Part shown: one piece after another, positions 10,078 through 19,167 of the stretch
Numbering within the stretch: the first letter of the stretch is position 1
Layout: each line of letters begins with the position of its first letter
IMG/VR virus record: IMGVR_UViG_3300038393_001822
Coordinates: 6,291-70,290 of that record
DNA from: a virus
Lineage: Duplodnaviria > Caudoviricetes
Strand: one strand, 5' to 3'
Length of the DNA stretch: 64,000 nucleotides
The notes under the pieces: generated by a model
The model's input: only the letters and a program-made list of their open reading frames with translations
What the model was told of the DNA's origin: nothing
Databases searched by the model: none
Program-made: the position numbers and the translations under genes

Positions 10078-10105
10078 TAAAAACACTGTTTTAAGAGGTG
10101 AAAAT

Positions 10106-10363
10106 ATGGAAATTGAAAAAGAGTATGAATTAATTATAGAAAAATTAGCTGATATTAGAGATACATATTTTGATAATTCAGATATGGAAGCTGAAGGTCA
10201 TGGTATGGAGGATATGATTGCAGATCCTTATTCTGTATTAATATATACTGAGAATAAATTAAAAAGATTAATAGAGAAAAATAAACAGTTAAAGGAGTTT
10301 ATAGAGGGTTGGGAATATGATTTAACACCTGAATTCCGAAGACATTTTCCAAATGGAATATAA
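10106..10363 (+). CDS. hypothetical protein
   Basis: ORF track; RBS gaggtg. Confidence 0.65.
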   Translation: MEIEKEYELIIEKLADIRDTYFDNSDMEAEGHGMEDMIADPYSVLIYTENKLKRLIEKNKQLKEFIEGWEYDLTPEFRRHFPNGI

Positions 10364-10399
10364 TAAAAAGCAAATTTTATATAAAAAAGGAGAGGAAAT

Positions 10400-11116
10400 A
10401 TGTTAAATTTTATCGGATGTGGAAGTGCTTTTAATACTGAATTAGGTAATAACGGGGCATTTATTAAGAAAGATAATGTACTATTTCTCATTGATTGTGG
10501 TAGCAGTACGTTCGGAAGAATTATGAAACATAATTTATTAGATGGTGTTGATTATATTTGCGTACTTATTACACATACACACGCTGATCATATTGGCTCA
10601 TTAGGAGATTTAATATTATACGGATACTATTCAATGGGTAAACTTGGGGAGCCGAATGTAAGAGTATTTGCTCCTTATGATTTAAAAATTAGACACCTTC
10701 TTAAAATGGTAGGTGTAGAAGAAAATACATACATGTTAACTCAAATTGACGAAAGTGCTGGATTTCATTATGGCGATTTTCATATAAGATTTAAACCTAT
10801 TGAAGTTACACACGTTCCAGAATTAAATTGTTTTGGGTATATAATCAATTATGAGGATAAAACAATTTATTATAGTGGAGATTCTAATATGATTCCGGAT
10901 CACATTTTAGATGATTTTAATGATGGTGAATTTGACTTATTTTATCAAGATACATGTAAAGCTCACTATGCAGGAAATGTACATTTATCTTTAAGAAATT
11001 TAGATGCTTTAATAGATTGGAATCTAAGATATAAAGTATTATGTATGCATTTAGATAACGGATTCAATAAAGGAGAAGCTGAAGAACTAGGTTTTAAAGT
11101 AGTTAATTCAATATAA
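10400..11116 (+). CDS. metallo-beta-lactamase-fold hydrolase, Apyc1-like cyclic-nucleotide phosphodiesterase
   Basis: GCGSAF, LIDCG, ITHTHADHIG, YSGDS, VHLSL, CMHL motifs in the order recalled for Apyc1. Confidence 0.75.
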   Translation: MLNFIGCGSAFNTELGNNGAFIKKDNVLFLIDCGSSTFGRIMKHNLLDGVDYICVLITHTHADHIGSLGDLILYGYYSMGKLGEPNVRVFAPYDLKIRHLLKMVGVEENTYMLTQIDESAGFHYGDFHIRFKPIEVTHVPELNCFGYIINYEDKTIYYSGDSNMIPDHILDDFNDGEFDLFYQDTCKAHYAGNVHLSLRNLDALIDWNLRYKVLCMHLDNGFNKGEAEELGFKVVNSI

Positions 11117-11187
11117 ATAAGTTAATAAAAGAAAGCTTTTAATGAATTATTGAAGTTAAATAGCGTAACAAGAAAGGGAGAGATATT

Positions 11188-11514
11188 ATGCAAAAGTTTG
11201 AATTTATGGTTAATCATAAAGGTGAAATAAGCGATGGATACCATACATTTAATGAATTGTATCATCATCGAATGATTCTGTTTTCCGTAATTTGCAATCA
11301 AAATAAAGAAAAGGCTTGGAAAGCTAAAGCGCACGCCGATGGGACAATGTACGATGAATATTTCATTGTCGGTATTACAACTGATGAAGGTGATTACACA
11401 TACCATTACCATATTGATAATTGGCATTACTTCAAGGTGAAAGAGCTTGAATTTGCACCCGAATGGGATGGACATAAACCTGAAGATATAACACGATTAT
11501 TATCTTTGCTATAA
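11188..11514 (+). CDS. WDGH-motif phage protein (paralog of 36128-36454)
   Basis: DGYHTFNELYHHR...YTYHY...WDGH. Confidence 0.75.
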   Translation: MQKFEFMVNHKGEISDGYHTFNELYHHRMILFSVICNQNKEKAWKAKAHADGTMYDEYFIVGITTDEGDYTYHYHIDNWHYFKVKELEFAPEWDGHKPEDITRLLSLL

Positions 11515-11573
11515 GACGCATTACGAACAAAGATTGTCTTGAACCAAAATATGAACTAAGGAGAGATGACGGA

Positions 11574-11777
11574 ATGAGTAATAATTATAGAGTCTTTAAA
11601 GATATAGACGGTGAAGTGAGTGAACCTCAAATAATTAATTATGAACATAAGTTAGACGATGTCGTCAATCGTTACTCATATGAAAACCAGTATAAATGTA
11701 CTGAAATAATTAGTAAAGACGGTGCGATAACTTATATTTTTAAACAAGGAAAGAAAGTATATACATTTGATTGGTAA
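11574..11777 (+). CDS. hypothetical protein
   Basis: ORF track; RBS aaggag. Confidence 0.6.
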   Translation: MSNNYRVFKDIDGEVSEPQIINYEHKLDDVVNRYSYENQYKCTEIISKDGAITYIFKQGKKVYTFDW

Positions 11778-11800
11778 GACACTGAGAAAGGACTGAACAT

Positions 11801-11878
11801 ATGAAAAAAGCCATTGGAATAATAGCGTTTCTAATTGGTTTTATAGGTGTTATGGTAATCGAAAAATTATTTCTTTGA
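11801..11878 (+). CDS. 25-aa hydrophobic peptide
   Basis: MKKAIGIIAFLIGFIGVMVIEKLFL; RBS aaagga. Confidence 0.5.
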   Translation: MKKAIGIIAFLIGFIGVMVIEKLFL

Positions 11879-11933
11879 TGAACATTTCGAGAAAATAACG
11901 TCATAAAAAGAATACCTTTTAGTATCCATTTAA

Positions 11934-11942
11934 TGTTAAAAT
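11934..11942 (+). promoter_or_regulatory. extended -10 element TGtTAAAAT upstream of the MGIKPGG minigene
   Basis: TGn-TAAAAT; no convincing -35. Confidence 0.4.
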
Positions 11943-11961
11943 ATCATTAGGTGGTGATCAT

Positions 11962-11985
11962 ATGGGAATCAAACCGGGTGGTTAG
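11962..11985 (+). CDS. 7-codon minigene MGIKPGG, leaderless arbitrium-like peptide
   Basis: RBS aggtggtgatc at 11949-11959, AGGTGG 7 nt before the ATG; product resembles AimP C-terminus IPKPGG; own terminator. Confidence 0.7.
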   Translation: MGIKPGG

Positions 11986-11990
11986 TCATG

Positions 11991-12017
11991 GAAGTGCTGC
12001 AAAGTACTTCTTTTTTT
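11991..12017 (+). terminator. intrinsic terminator after the minigene
   Basis: gaagtgc-tgcaaa-gtacttc then T7. Confidence 0.75.
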
Positions 12018-12053
12018 ATAAAAAAAATAATGGGAAAATTTTAAAACTTTTTC

Positions 12054-12082
12054 TTGATTAAATATAATTAAGTTGATATAAT
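12054..12082 (+). promoter_or_regulatory. sigmaA-type promoter of the repeated AATTAATTT-spacer family
   Basis: ttgatt-17-tataat. Confidence 0.7.
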
Positions 12083-12201
12083 TACATTAACAAGTAAATA
12101 ATAAATAGGAGGTAAGGGAAATGATTAACCTTAAAAAGAATCCAAAAGTAAATTTAACTAAAAAGCCATTCGCAAGTTTAATTAAGAAATGAAATTCAAA
12201 T

Positions 12202-12429
12202 TTGATTGGAAGTGAAAAAATGGAATTTGTCATACAGTTATTAAAAGAAAAAAAGAAAGAAATTCAAAAGGAATATGAGTTAGAAACAGATTTTATAAAA
12301 ATTCATGCATGTAAACTAATGACAGAACAAATTGATAAAGCTGTTAAAACATTAGAATATGAGTATTACTGGAAACATTTAAGTGAAAAGCAAATTGATG
12401 AAGTAATGGGAATTAGAAAAATACGATGA
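12202..12429 (+). CDS. hypothetical protein
   Basis: ORF track; stop lies in a junction palindrome. Confidence 0.6.
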   Translation: MIGSEKMEFVIQLLKEKKKEIQKEYELETDFIKIHACKLMTEQIDKAVKTLEYEYYWKHLSEKQIDEVMGIRKIR

Positions 12430-12647
12430 AAATCTACTTTTAATTTATAGGAGGCGTAGTGGGATGAATTCTTTAGTTAAAAAAGGAATAAATGAATTTG
12501 AAAAAATGTATCCATTTATCAAATTGACAGAATCAGATAAATCTATATTAGCACTTGCTTATACATTAGGTTATGCGAATTCTAAAATTGATACGTATTC
12601 TAAAGTAAAATCTAAATAAAATATCCATTTCAAGGGAGATGATCTAA

Positions 12648-12902
12648 ATGAAGGCCAGCAAAGCCAGAGAGATAACAGATAATCATGAACATTATAATGC
12701 TGAAAAGTGGTATCTCGAATATAAATATCAGTTATTTGATAGGATCAAAAGTACTGCATTACTGGGTAATCATTCAATTCCTATATTTACTGAAGAATGG
12801 GGAAAAAATGAAACTAAACAGAAATATTTATTATTTAATTTAGAATCACTTGGATATAAAGTAAACGCTAATCAAAATGGTATTATAACAATTTCATGGT
12901 AA
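12648..12902 (+). CDS. hypothetical protein
   Basis: ORF track; RBS aagggag. Confidence 0.6.
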   Translation: MKASKAREITDNHEHYNAEKWYLEYKYQLFDRIKSTALLGNHSIPIFTEEWGKNETKQKYLLFNLESLGYKVNANQNGIITISW

Positions 12903-12944
12903 TATGTAATTAATTAAATAAATTAACAAAGGGAGAGTTGAAAA

Positions 12945-13397
12945 ATGAAAAAAGTATTAAAAGTTTTAGGTATTATTATTGGTGGAATAATTGTCATTGG
13001 TATTATTGGATCTTTAGTGTCAAATGGAAACGACAAGACCACAACGACCAAGGAACAACCTGTTAAAGTAGAACAAACGCAACCTACTACTACGACTCCT
13101 CAACAAGATACTACACAACAGCAACAACCTGCAGCACCTACTCCAGCACCAGCACCAGCGAAGAAAACAAGTATTACAAAAGCAGACTTTGATAAAATGC
13201 AAACCGGTATGACTTATGAGCAAGTTGTTCAAACAATTGGAGTAGAAGGTGAATTAATGAGTGAATCAGGTGATAAGGGAACGCAATATTATACTGTAAT
13301 GTATAAGTGGAATGGATCGGGGAATTTAGGGGCAAATGCTAATGCAATGTTTCAAGGTGGTAAAATGATTAGTAAGGCTCAATTTGGTTTAAAGTAA
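12945..13397 (+). CDS. DUF3862/BLIP-like membrane-anchored surface protein
   Basis: TM helix, Q/T/P-rich linker, ITKADFDKMQTGMTYEQV...KAQFGLK domain. Confidence 0.75.
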   Translation: MKKVLKVLGIIIGGIIVIGIIGSLVSNGNDKTTTTKEQPVKVEQTQPTTTTPQQDTTQQQQPAAPTPAPAPAKKTSITKADFDKMQTGMTYEQVVQTIGVEGELMSESGDKGTQYYTVMYKWNGSGNLGANANAMFQGGKMISKAQFGLK

Positions 13398-13508
13398 TTA
13401 AGTAAATAAATTGAATAGGGTAGCATAGATGTGTTATCCTATTCATATATAAAACAGGTAATTTATTAGGTAAAAAATGTTATAATTAATTCATATGGAG
13501 GGGTTAAA

Positions 13509-14385
13509 ATGGATGAAAAAATGAAAGTTTATAACGAAATGAGTAAAAAGAAATTTGAATTAGATGATAAATTAAATGAGTTAGAAGCTGCTAAAGATAA
13601 CTATAGAGAATCACTTGTTAATGAAACTATTAATGACATTTTGAACGTGTTAAAAGAGGATGGGAAGTTGACTGAAAGAGATTTAAAATTGTTCTTAGGC
13701 AATTTAGCATTAGACGTAAAACACATTTATTCAAGGTAAAATAATCATTTTAATTTTAAAAAGGAGTGTTAGTATGATTTTATTTTTATTAAAACGTGAT
13801 CACCATGAAGGTCAAACAATTTATGGAGTTTTTGAAACTGAAGAGTTGGCACTAAAACAAATACCAAAACATAAAGAAACTTTACCTAATGTTCCAATTA
13901 TTGATTATAAAATTGTAGGGTTAACTCTTAATGATTTAACTGAAATCGAAGCATATGACGAATAAAAGCAATCTTTTAAGGGAGGTTAGTATTATGAAAA
14001 CAGCAATATTTAAAGAATCGGGTACATTAAGTTGCAGAGGGGAAGTTGCTTCAAGTTATGCCGCAGGAGATGAAGTGACCATTATGGAAGAATTTAACGA
14101 AGATATTTATCAAGTAATGATCATGAAAGGTAATTCAAGAGGAACTATTGCATATATCAATAAAGATATGTTGGAACTAAAATAAAAGGATTATTTCAAA
14201 TGGAAAATGAAAAACGAGAATTTTGTGCATATTGTAATAAATGGTTTCAAATTAAAGAAATGATCGAATTACATGAAAAAGGAAAAACAACAATATTGTA
14301 TTATTGTACGGCCTGCTATCCAGAGGTTAAAGCAAACATAAATGGCTTACCTTGGAAAGATGATTTTACTTTTTATAGAAAATAA
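13509..14385 (+). other. four small hypothetical CDS (13509-13739, 13774-13965, about 13993-14185, 14200-14385)
   Basis: ORF track; first three end with TAA inside a 16-bp junction palindrome. Confidence 0.65.
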
Positions 14386-14427
14386 AAGACCTGTCACATA
14401 TAGCTGGTGGCAGGTTGGGATTTCCTA

Positions 14428-14583
14428 TTATTCTACTTCTTCGTAACATTCAAAATTAATTATATCAATAACATCAAGTGATAACACTGTACCATTGGGC
14501 ATTATTAGTTTTAATTTTCCTGCTGCTGGTAAGTCTTTATAAAACTTTTGACCTGAAATTACTAATTTTATTTCTCCTATCAT
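14428..14583 (-). CDS. 51-aa YopT-like protein divergent from the XRE gene
   Basis: MIGEIKLVISG...KLKLIMPNGTVLSLDVIDI resembles 25588-25875 (GELKL...KLQIVLSDGSVHTLHVCDI); RBS aaggagtgat. Confidence 0.55.
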   Translation of the reverse strand: MIGEIKLVISGQKFYKDLPAAGKLKLIMPNGTVLSLDVIDIINFECYEEVE

Positions 14584-14729
14584 TGCAAAAATCACTCCTT
14601 GGATTTAAAATGTATACATATAGTAATTATTTCTATCACTGATTGTCTTAATTATAAGTCCAATAAGAATACAAAACAACAACTATTTGTATATAAAACA
14701 CACACAAAATGGGTGTATAGGGTGATGAT

Positions 14730-15401
14730 ATGGAAATTTTAGCAAAAAGATTAAAGTGGTTAAGAGAAAAACAACGTTATTCGCAAAAAGAAATTGCTTC
14801 TGAAGTAGGAATGACTCCTAGTGGATATCAGAAAATTGAATATGGAGACAGAGATCCGAAGCTAGATGTTTTAGTAAGAATATGCAATATTTTTAAAGTA
14901 AGTTCAGATTTTTTACTTGGAATTAATGATATAGTGGGAAACTTAGAGGAATTAAGTAATAAAATCCTTATATTACAAAACAGAAAAAAAGAATATAGTA
15001 GGCATTTAGAAATAATAAACCATAGTTTATATGAAATTGAAAATAAAAAAGGGATACCAAGAGACTACGGAGAAATAGAATTAAAAAACAGAGAATTAAT
15101 GTTACAACAATCAAAAGCAAGTGTGGAAAAAGACTTATATGAAACACAAGAAAAATTTAGAGAAGTTACGTATGATTATATTAAAGAAATTTTAGATATA
15201 CCCAGTACAATTCCCCATAAGAACTCTATTATTAAATTATTGCAACCATTTTCTATTGAAATACAGCCTAACCTTTTTGATGAATTTGCTTTAGCTTTTT
15301 TCTGTAATGAGGGATTTATTGAAAATTTTGGTGTGTATGAAACAGAAGAGGATGCTAGGGAAGCAAGAAAAGAAATGTTAATTATGTTTAACGGTAAATA
15401 A
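14730..15401 (+). CDS. XRE-family HTH regulator with coiled-coil C-terminus
   Basis: RLKWLREKQRYSQKEIASEVGMTPSGYQKIEYGDRDP. Confidence 0.85.
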   Translation: MEILAKRLKWLREKQRYSQKEIASEVGMTPSGYQKIEYGDRDPKLDVLVRICNIFKVSSDFLLGINDIVGNLEELSNKILILQNRKKEYSRHLEIINHSLYEIENKKGIPRDYGEIELKNRELMLQQSKASVEKDLYETQEKFREVTYDYIKEILDIPSTIPHKNSIIKLLQPFSIEIQPNLFDEFALAFFCNEGFIENFGVYETEEDAREARKEMLIMFNGK

Positions 15402-15785
15402 AACAATGGTTTTAAAAGGGAATCATATTTCGGTTCCCTAATACATAAATATAAATAAGTTAATAAGGGAGATATTAATAATGAACATTAAAGATAATAT
15501 GCTCGTAATTAAAGGGTGTATTCCATATGATTCTAAAAAGGAAAAACTAGCGGCATGGAGACAGTTAAAACAAGAATTTGGTGATTCAGTGAGAATTATA
15601 TTTAGAGAAGGATTTATATCTTATTCATGTACAGTAGATCGAAGTTTATATATGTAAAATACATAATTGAAAAAATTATTTAAAAATTTTAAATATAAAT
15701 ATACAAATAGTACTTGTCAAAGAGTACAAATTGTAGTAATATTTAGGTATAGAAACACGATACTACTGAAAAGGGTGGATGCAGA

Positions 15786-16925
15786 TTGAAAAATAACTTA
15801 ACTTTTAAAGAATGGATCATGAATGAGGTAGCAAAACAACCTAGAGGTTACAGTGAAATCCTTGCAAAAGTAACTGGTTATAGTTCAGGAAGCGCCCTAA
15901 TGAAAGTTGTTCGTACAGAGAAAAAAGAGTTTGAAAAATTTGAATCAGTTATTAAACTTGTTAATCATTTAGCTGGTAAAGATTCAATTGAAATGATGAT
16001 TCATTACTCAAAAGAAATTAATCCGAATTGGGAAACAGCTAGAAACTTATTAGAATACTTTATCAGTAATGCACAATATGAAGCGTTTAATAATCTATTA
16101 GACCGAATGGAAGAGTGTACAAATAAAGAGAGCAAGGAATACGCTAAAATTTACAGAATGCAATATAAATACAAATTTGCAACTTCATATGAAGAGTATA
16201 ACAAATTAATTCGAGAAATTAGTGAAATTCATGTAACATTTCCAGAATTGAAAGTTTATAAAAGTATTTTAATAAATTATTGTTATTTTGAAATTAGAGA
16301 TTATGATCGTTTAAAATATATGTTAAAAGAACTTGAAGAAGATATTAAATTGATTGAAAATGAATTCATTAAAGAAATGTTTTTAATTAGGGTAAATGAA
16401 GTTAAGGCATACACTTATTTAAAGGCATATAATAAGCCTGAAATTGCCAGAGAATGTTGTGATTGGATTATTAATTCAAATGCGGCAAACGGTTTTAAGG
16501 CATATGCTTACTACTTAAAAGGTCATTCTTACATGTTCTCATCATTTGAAAATGCAATGGATTGTTATGAAAAATCAATTGAACTTTATAATGACAGAGA
16601 ACATGATGTTAAATGGATTAGAGAAGAAATAGAATTTGTTAAAGTTTACTGGGATAAAGAGATAAAACATAAATATGTCAGTAGTGAAGCACTATATCAA
16701 GTTAAAAAAGGGAATATTTCATTAGATGACTTCGATTTAACACCTGAATTTAGACTTTATTTAGAGGGTTATAGTGCAAAGAATGACAATAAATTATTAC
16801 TTTCTATGATTGGATACATCAAAATTAAGGATTTATTCTTGGCTAATTTAGCTAAGATTGAATTAATAAAAAATGGATACAACCAAGAAGTTATTTCAGC
16901 AATGATATCCATGAATGTAGCTTGA
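15786..16925 (+). CDS. aimR: arbitrium peptide receptor AimR
   Basis: 379 aa; N-terminal HTH, ARNLLEY...NKESKEYAKIY pattern, TPR-like body; followed by a peptide gene. Confidence 0.85.
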   Translation: MKNNLTFKEWIMNEVAKQPRGYSEILAKVTGYSSGSALMKVVRTEKKEFEKFESVIKLVNHLAGKDSIEMMIHYSKEINPNWETARNLLEYFISNAQYEAFNNLLDRMEECTNKESKEYAKIYRMQYKYKFATSYEEYNKLIREISEIHVTFPELKVYKSILINYCYFEIRDYDRLKYMLKELEEDIKLIENEFIKEMFLIRVNEVKAYTYLKAYNKPEIARECCDWIINSNAANGFKAYAYYLKGHSYMFSSFENAMDCYEKSIELYNDREHDVKWIREEIEFVKVYWDKEIKHKYVSSEALYQVKKGNISLDDFDLTPEFRLYLEGYSAKNDNKLLLSMIGYIKIKDLFLANLAKIELIKNGYNQEVISAMISMNVA

Positions 16926-16942
16926 GAGGAGGTGAAAAGGAA

Positions 16943-17062
16943 ATGAAAAAAGGTTTAGTTTTAACTTTAGCAGTAGCAGTTGCTGTAGTTGGTGGATATT
17001 TATTAATGGGAGAAATGCATCACGGTTTTGTAATGGGATTAATTCCTAAGCCGGGTGGATGA
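16943..17062 (+). CDS. aimP: arbitrium pre-peptide AimP (39 aa)
   Basis: MKKGLVLTLAVAVAVVGGYLLMGEMHHGFVMGLIPKPGG; signal peptide and C-terminal KPGG; RBS aggaggtg. Confidence 0.85.
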   Translation: MKKGLVLTLAVAVAVVGGYLLMGEMHHGFVMGLIPKPGG

Positions 17063-17133
17063 TCTTATCATAGCGCAATTAATTTAGCACCAACGAATAA
17101 ACATTACATATAACTAAATAATATCTCAAGCAC

Positions 17134-17169
17134 AAAGGCATTGTGGAGTTAATTCTCTACAGTGCCTTT
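17134..17169 (+). terminator. aimP-aimX attenuator hairpin
   Basis: aaaggcattgtggag / ctctacagtgccttt stem. Confidence 0.75.
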
Positions 17170-17237
17170 AGTATTTTTAGGGAACTAATCCAAAAATTAA
17201 TAATATAAAAATTGGACGAAAAAGGGAGAGGTTAATA

Positions 17238-17411
17238 ATGACAAACTCATTAATGAATAAAAGATTAGAAATGAGACTCGAAGAAATGAAGAGGTTCGCA
17301 GCAGAGTTAGAACAGGGGATTTCTACATGGGAAAATACATGCGGATACGACATTAATGAGGAGTTATTACCTTTCTTGAATTTAACTACTGAGAGCGAAT
17401 TTAATGTATGA
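17238..17411 (+). CDS. 57-aa AimX-position protein
   Basis: MTNSLMNKRLEMRLEEMKRFAAELEQG...; RBS aaagggag; position after the aimP terminator. Confidence 0.55.
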   Translation: MTNSLMNKRLEMRLEEMKRFAAELEQGISTWENTCGYDINEELLPFLNLTTESEFNV

Positions 17412-17416
17412 TCCCT

Positions 17417-17445
17417 AAAGGCAGAATAAAATCTGCCTTTTATTT
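17417..17445 (+). terminator. terminator after the aimX-like gene
   Basis: aaaggcaga-ataaaa-tctgccttt then AT/T-rich run. Confidence 0.75.
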
Positions 17446-17518
17446 ATAATTAATTTAATAAAAGTATTGAAAGTTAGGGGATAATAATGTAAACTAATAT
17501 TAGTAAATATATTTTCTT

Positions 17519-17710
17519 TTGGAGGTGATACAAATGAGTAATGTAGTGTCTTTAAAAGAGCGACAGATGGAGAAGGAATATAGAAAATTTGCTGCAGGAT
17601 CTGCATGTTTGGATTTAAAGAAGGACACTTTTACACCTAAGAAGAACAGACATATTGTGAAAGAGATGACATTGGCATATATGCGATTATTAACAAACTA
17701 TAATAACTAA
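17519..17710 (+). CDS. hypothetical protein (likely start 17534)
   Basis: ORF track; RBS ggaggtg. Confidence 0.6.
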   Translation: MEVIQMSNVVSLKERQMEKEYRKFAAGSACLDLKKDTFTPKKNRHIVKEMTLAYMRLLTNYNN

Positions 17711-17783
17711 CATAACAGAAACAATTATACATAACAAGTAATGAATATTTGAAATAAAAGATGTACTAAAAGAAGGTGGAAAA

Positions 17784-18110
17784 ATGAGTTTTGATTTATT
17801 GAAAAAACAGTTTGATGATTACTGCAATGAATTTGCAGATACAGAAGAAATGGACATAGAAAAGCATATTAAAATGGCTTTCAAAGTTGGTGAATTACTT
17901 AGAGAAAATGAACGCTTAGAAAGATGTTTAACACAGTTGGGGCAAGATTGGTCTAATGTTGTTGATGAAAGAAATGTACTAAAAGAAAAGGTTGAACGAT
18001 ATGAAAAAGCATTGCAAAAAATCATTGAAATGGAATCACCTTTTTATTTTAGAGAAACAGCTTTGGAAACACCTTATAACTATGCAAAAGTAGCATTGGA
18101 AAGAAAATAG
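17784..18110 (+). CDS. hypothetical coiled-coil protein
   Basis: ORF track; VERYEKAL motif shared with 5366-5566. Confidence 0.65.
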   Translation: MSFDLLKKQFDDYCNEFADTEEMDIEKHIKMAFKVGELLRENERLERCLTQLGQDWSNVVDERNVLKEKVERYEKALQKIIEMESPFYFRETALETPYNYAKVALERK

Positions 18111-18162
18111 TTATGACGCATTACGAAACAAATTATGTCATAAAAGCTGAGTTTTAAAGGAG

Positions 18163-18462
18163 TTGAAAACAATGAAAAAGTTTTTAATTATACCTATATT
18201 AATATTTTCATTGACCGCTTGCTCGGAACAACCTGAAAAGTTTATTGGTAGTGTCCAAGATGCAAAAGTTATAAATAAGGATGTTAAAGATTATGCCCGT
18301 GCTGCAACTGATTATTACATAACAGTTCAAAAAGGGGATACTAAAGCAACATTTGAAATATCTGAAGAAATGTTCAAAACAGTGAATGAAGGAACTGTAA
18401 TTTCAGGTGAATATAACAAGGATTATGAATTGAAAAATATAACTTTAGATGGCTTAAAATGA
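18163..18462 (+). CDS. lipoprotein
   Basis: Lipobox LTAC after a signal peptide. Confidence 0.75.
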   Translation: MKTMKKFLIIPILIFSLTACSEQPEKFIGSVQDAKVINKDVKDYARAATDYYITVQKGDTKATFEISEEMFKTVNEGTVISGEYNKDYELKNITLDGLK

Positions 18463-18472
18463 TTCTTTTATT

Positions 18473-19143
18473 ATGGAGGTAAAATTAATGAAAATTATTG
18501 TAAGTGGAAAAGATATTTTTGAATTTCATTTAGATACACATTTATTTAATAAAGTTATCCTTAGTGCAAAGAGTTTTGAAGAAGCTAAAAAGAAATACCT
18601 GCAATGTATTGAAGATAGTATTGACCGAGAATTACAAAATATGATCATTGAATTTAATAAAAAGTATTATACCAATCTAGGGAAAGAAGATATCTAATAT
18701 AATGAACATTTTATTAGGGAGGGAGTAATATGGATAAACGAGAAATATATTTTACATATGCTAAATTACCGAGAGAAGATGGGACTTTCTCTGATTATTT
18801 TACTTACTACATGGAACATCCACAAAAAAATACTAATATATTAATAAGAACATGTAAAGAATTTAGCGAATACGTCCATTTTTGCATGGAAATTTGCGTA
18901 TTTTATAAATCTCAAAAGAAAAATACGTATAGGCAAATTGTTCCAGAAGATGATGAATTAGATTACAGTGATTATGAAATTAACTTCATTTGGGATGATA
19001 TGAAAATATATAAAGATACAGATTTATCTACGATTGATTATCCAAATATTAAAGGATTAATCAAAATGCATTCACTTAATGAAGGATACAGAGGGATTTT
19101 AAAGAGATTGTTAAGAGGAGAAACGTTTTTAGATATTAAATAA
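18473..19143 (+). other. two hypothetical CDS (18473-18697, 18730-19143)
   Basis: ORF track; bounded by junction palindromes. Confidence 0.6.
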
Positions 19144-19167
19144 AAGGACAATTTTAAATACAAATAA

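Noticed and set aside
11904-11921. Junction 16-mer copy
   Set aside because: Spacer is 8 nt (taaaa-agaatacc-tttta), so it is excluded from the exact count, as were 14383, 21492 and 31305
11801-11985. Signal peptide 11801-11878 and MGIKPGG as halves of one broken aimP
   Set aside because: Different frames, separated by two stops and a junction-like element; the minigene has its own RBS and -10, although an ancestral link cannot be excluded
13413-13446. Novel inverted-repeat element after the DUF3862-like gene
   Set aside because: Fits an ordinary bidirectional terminator hairpin
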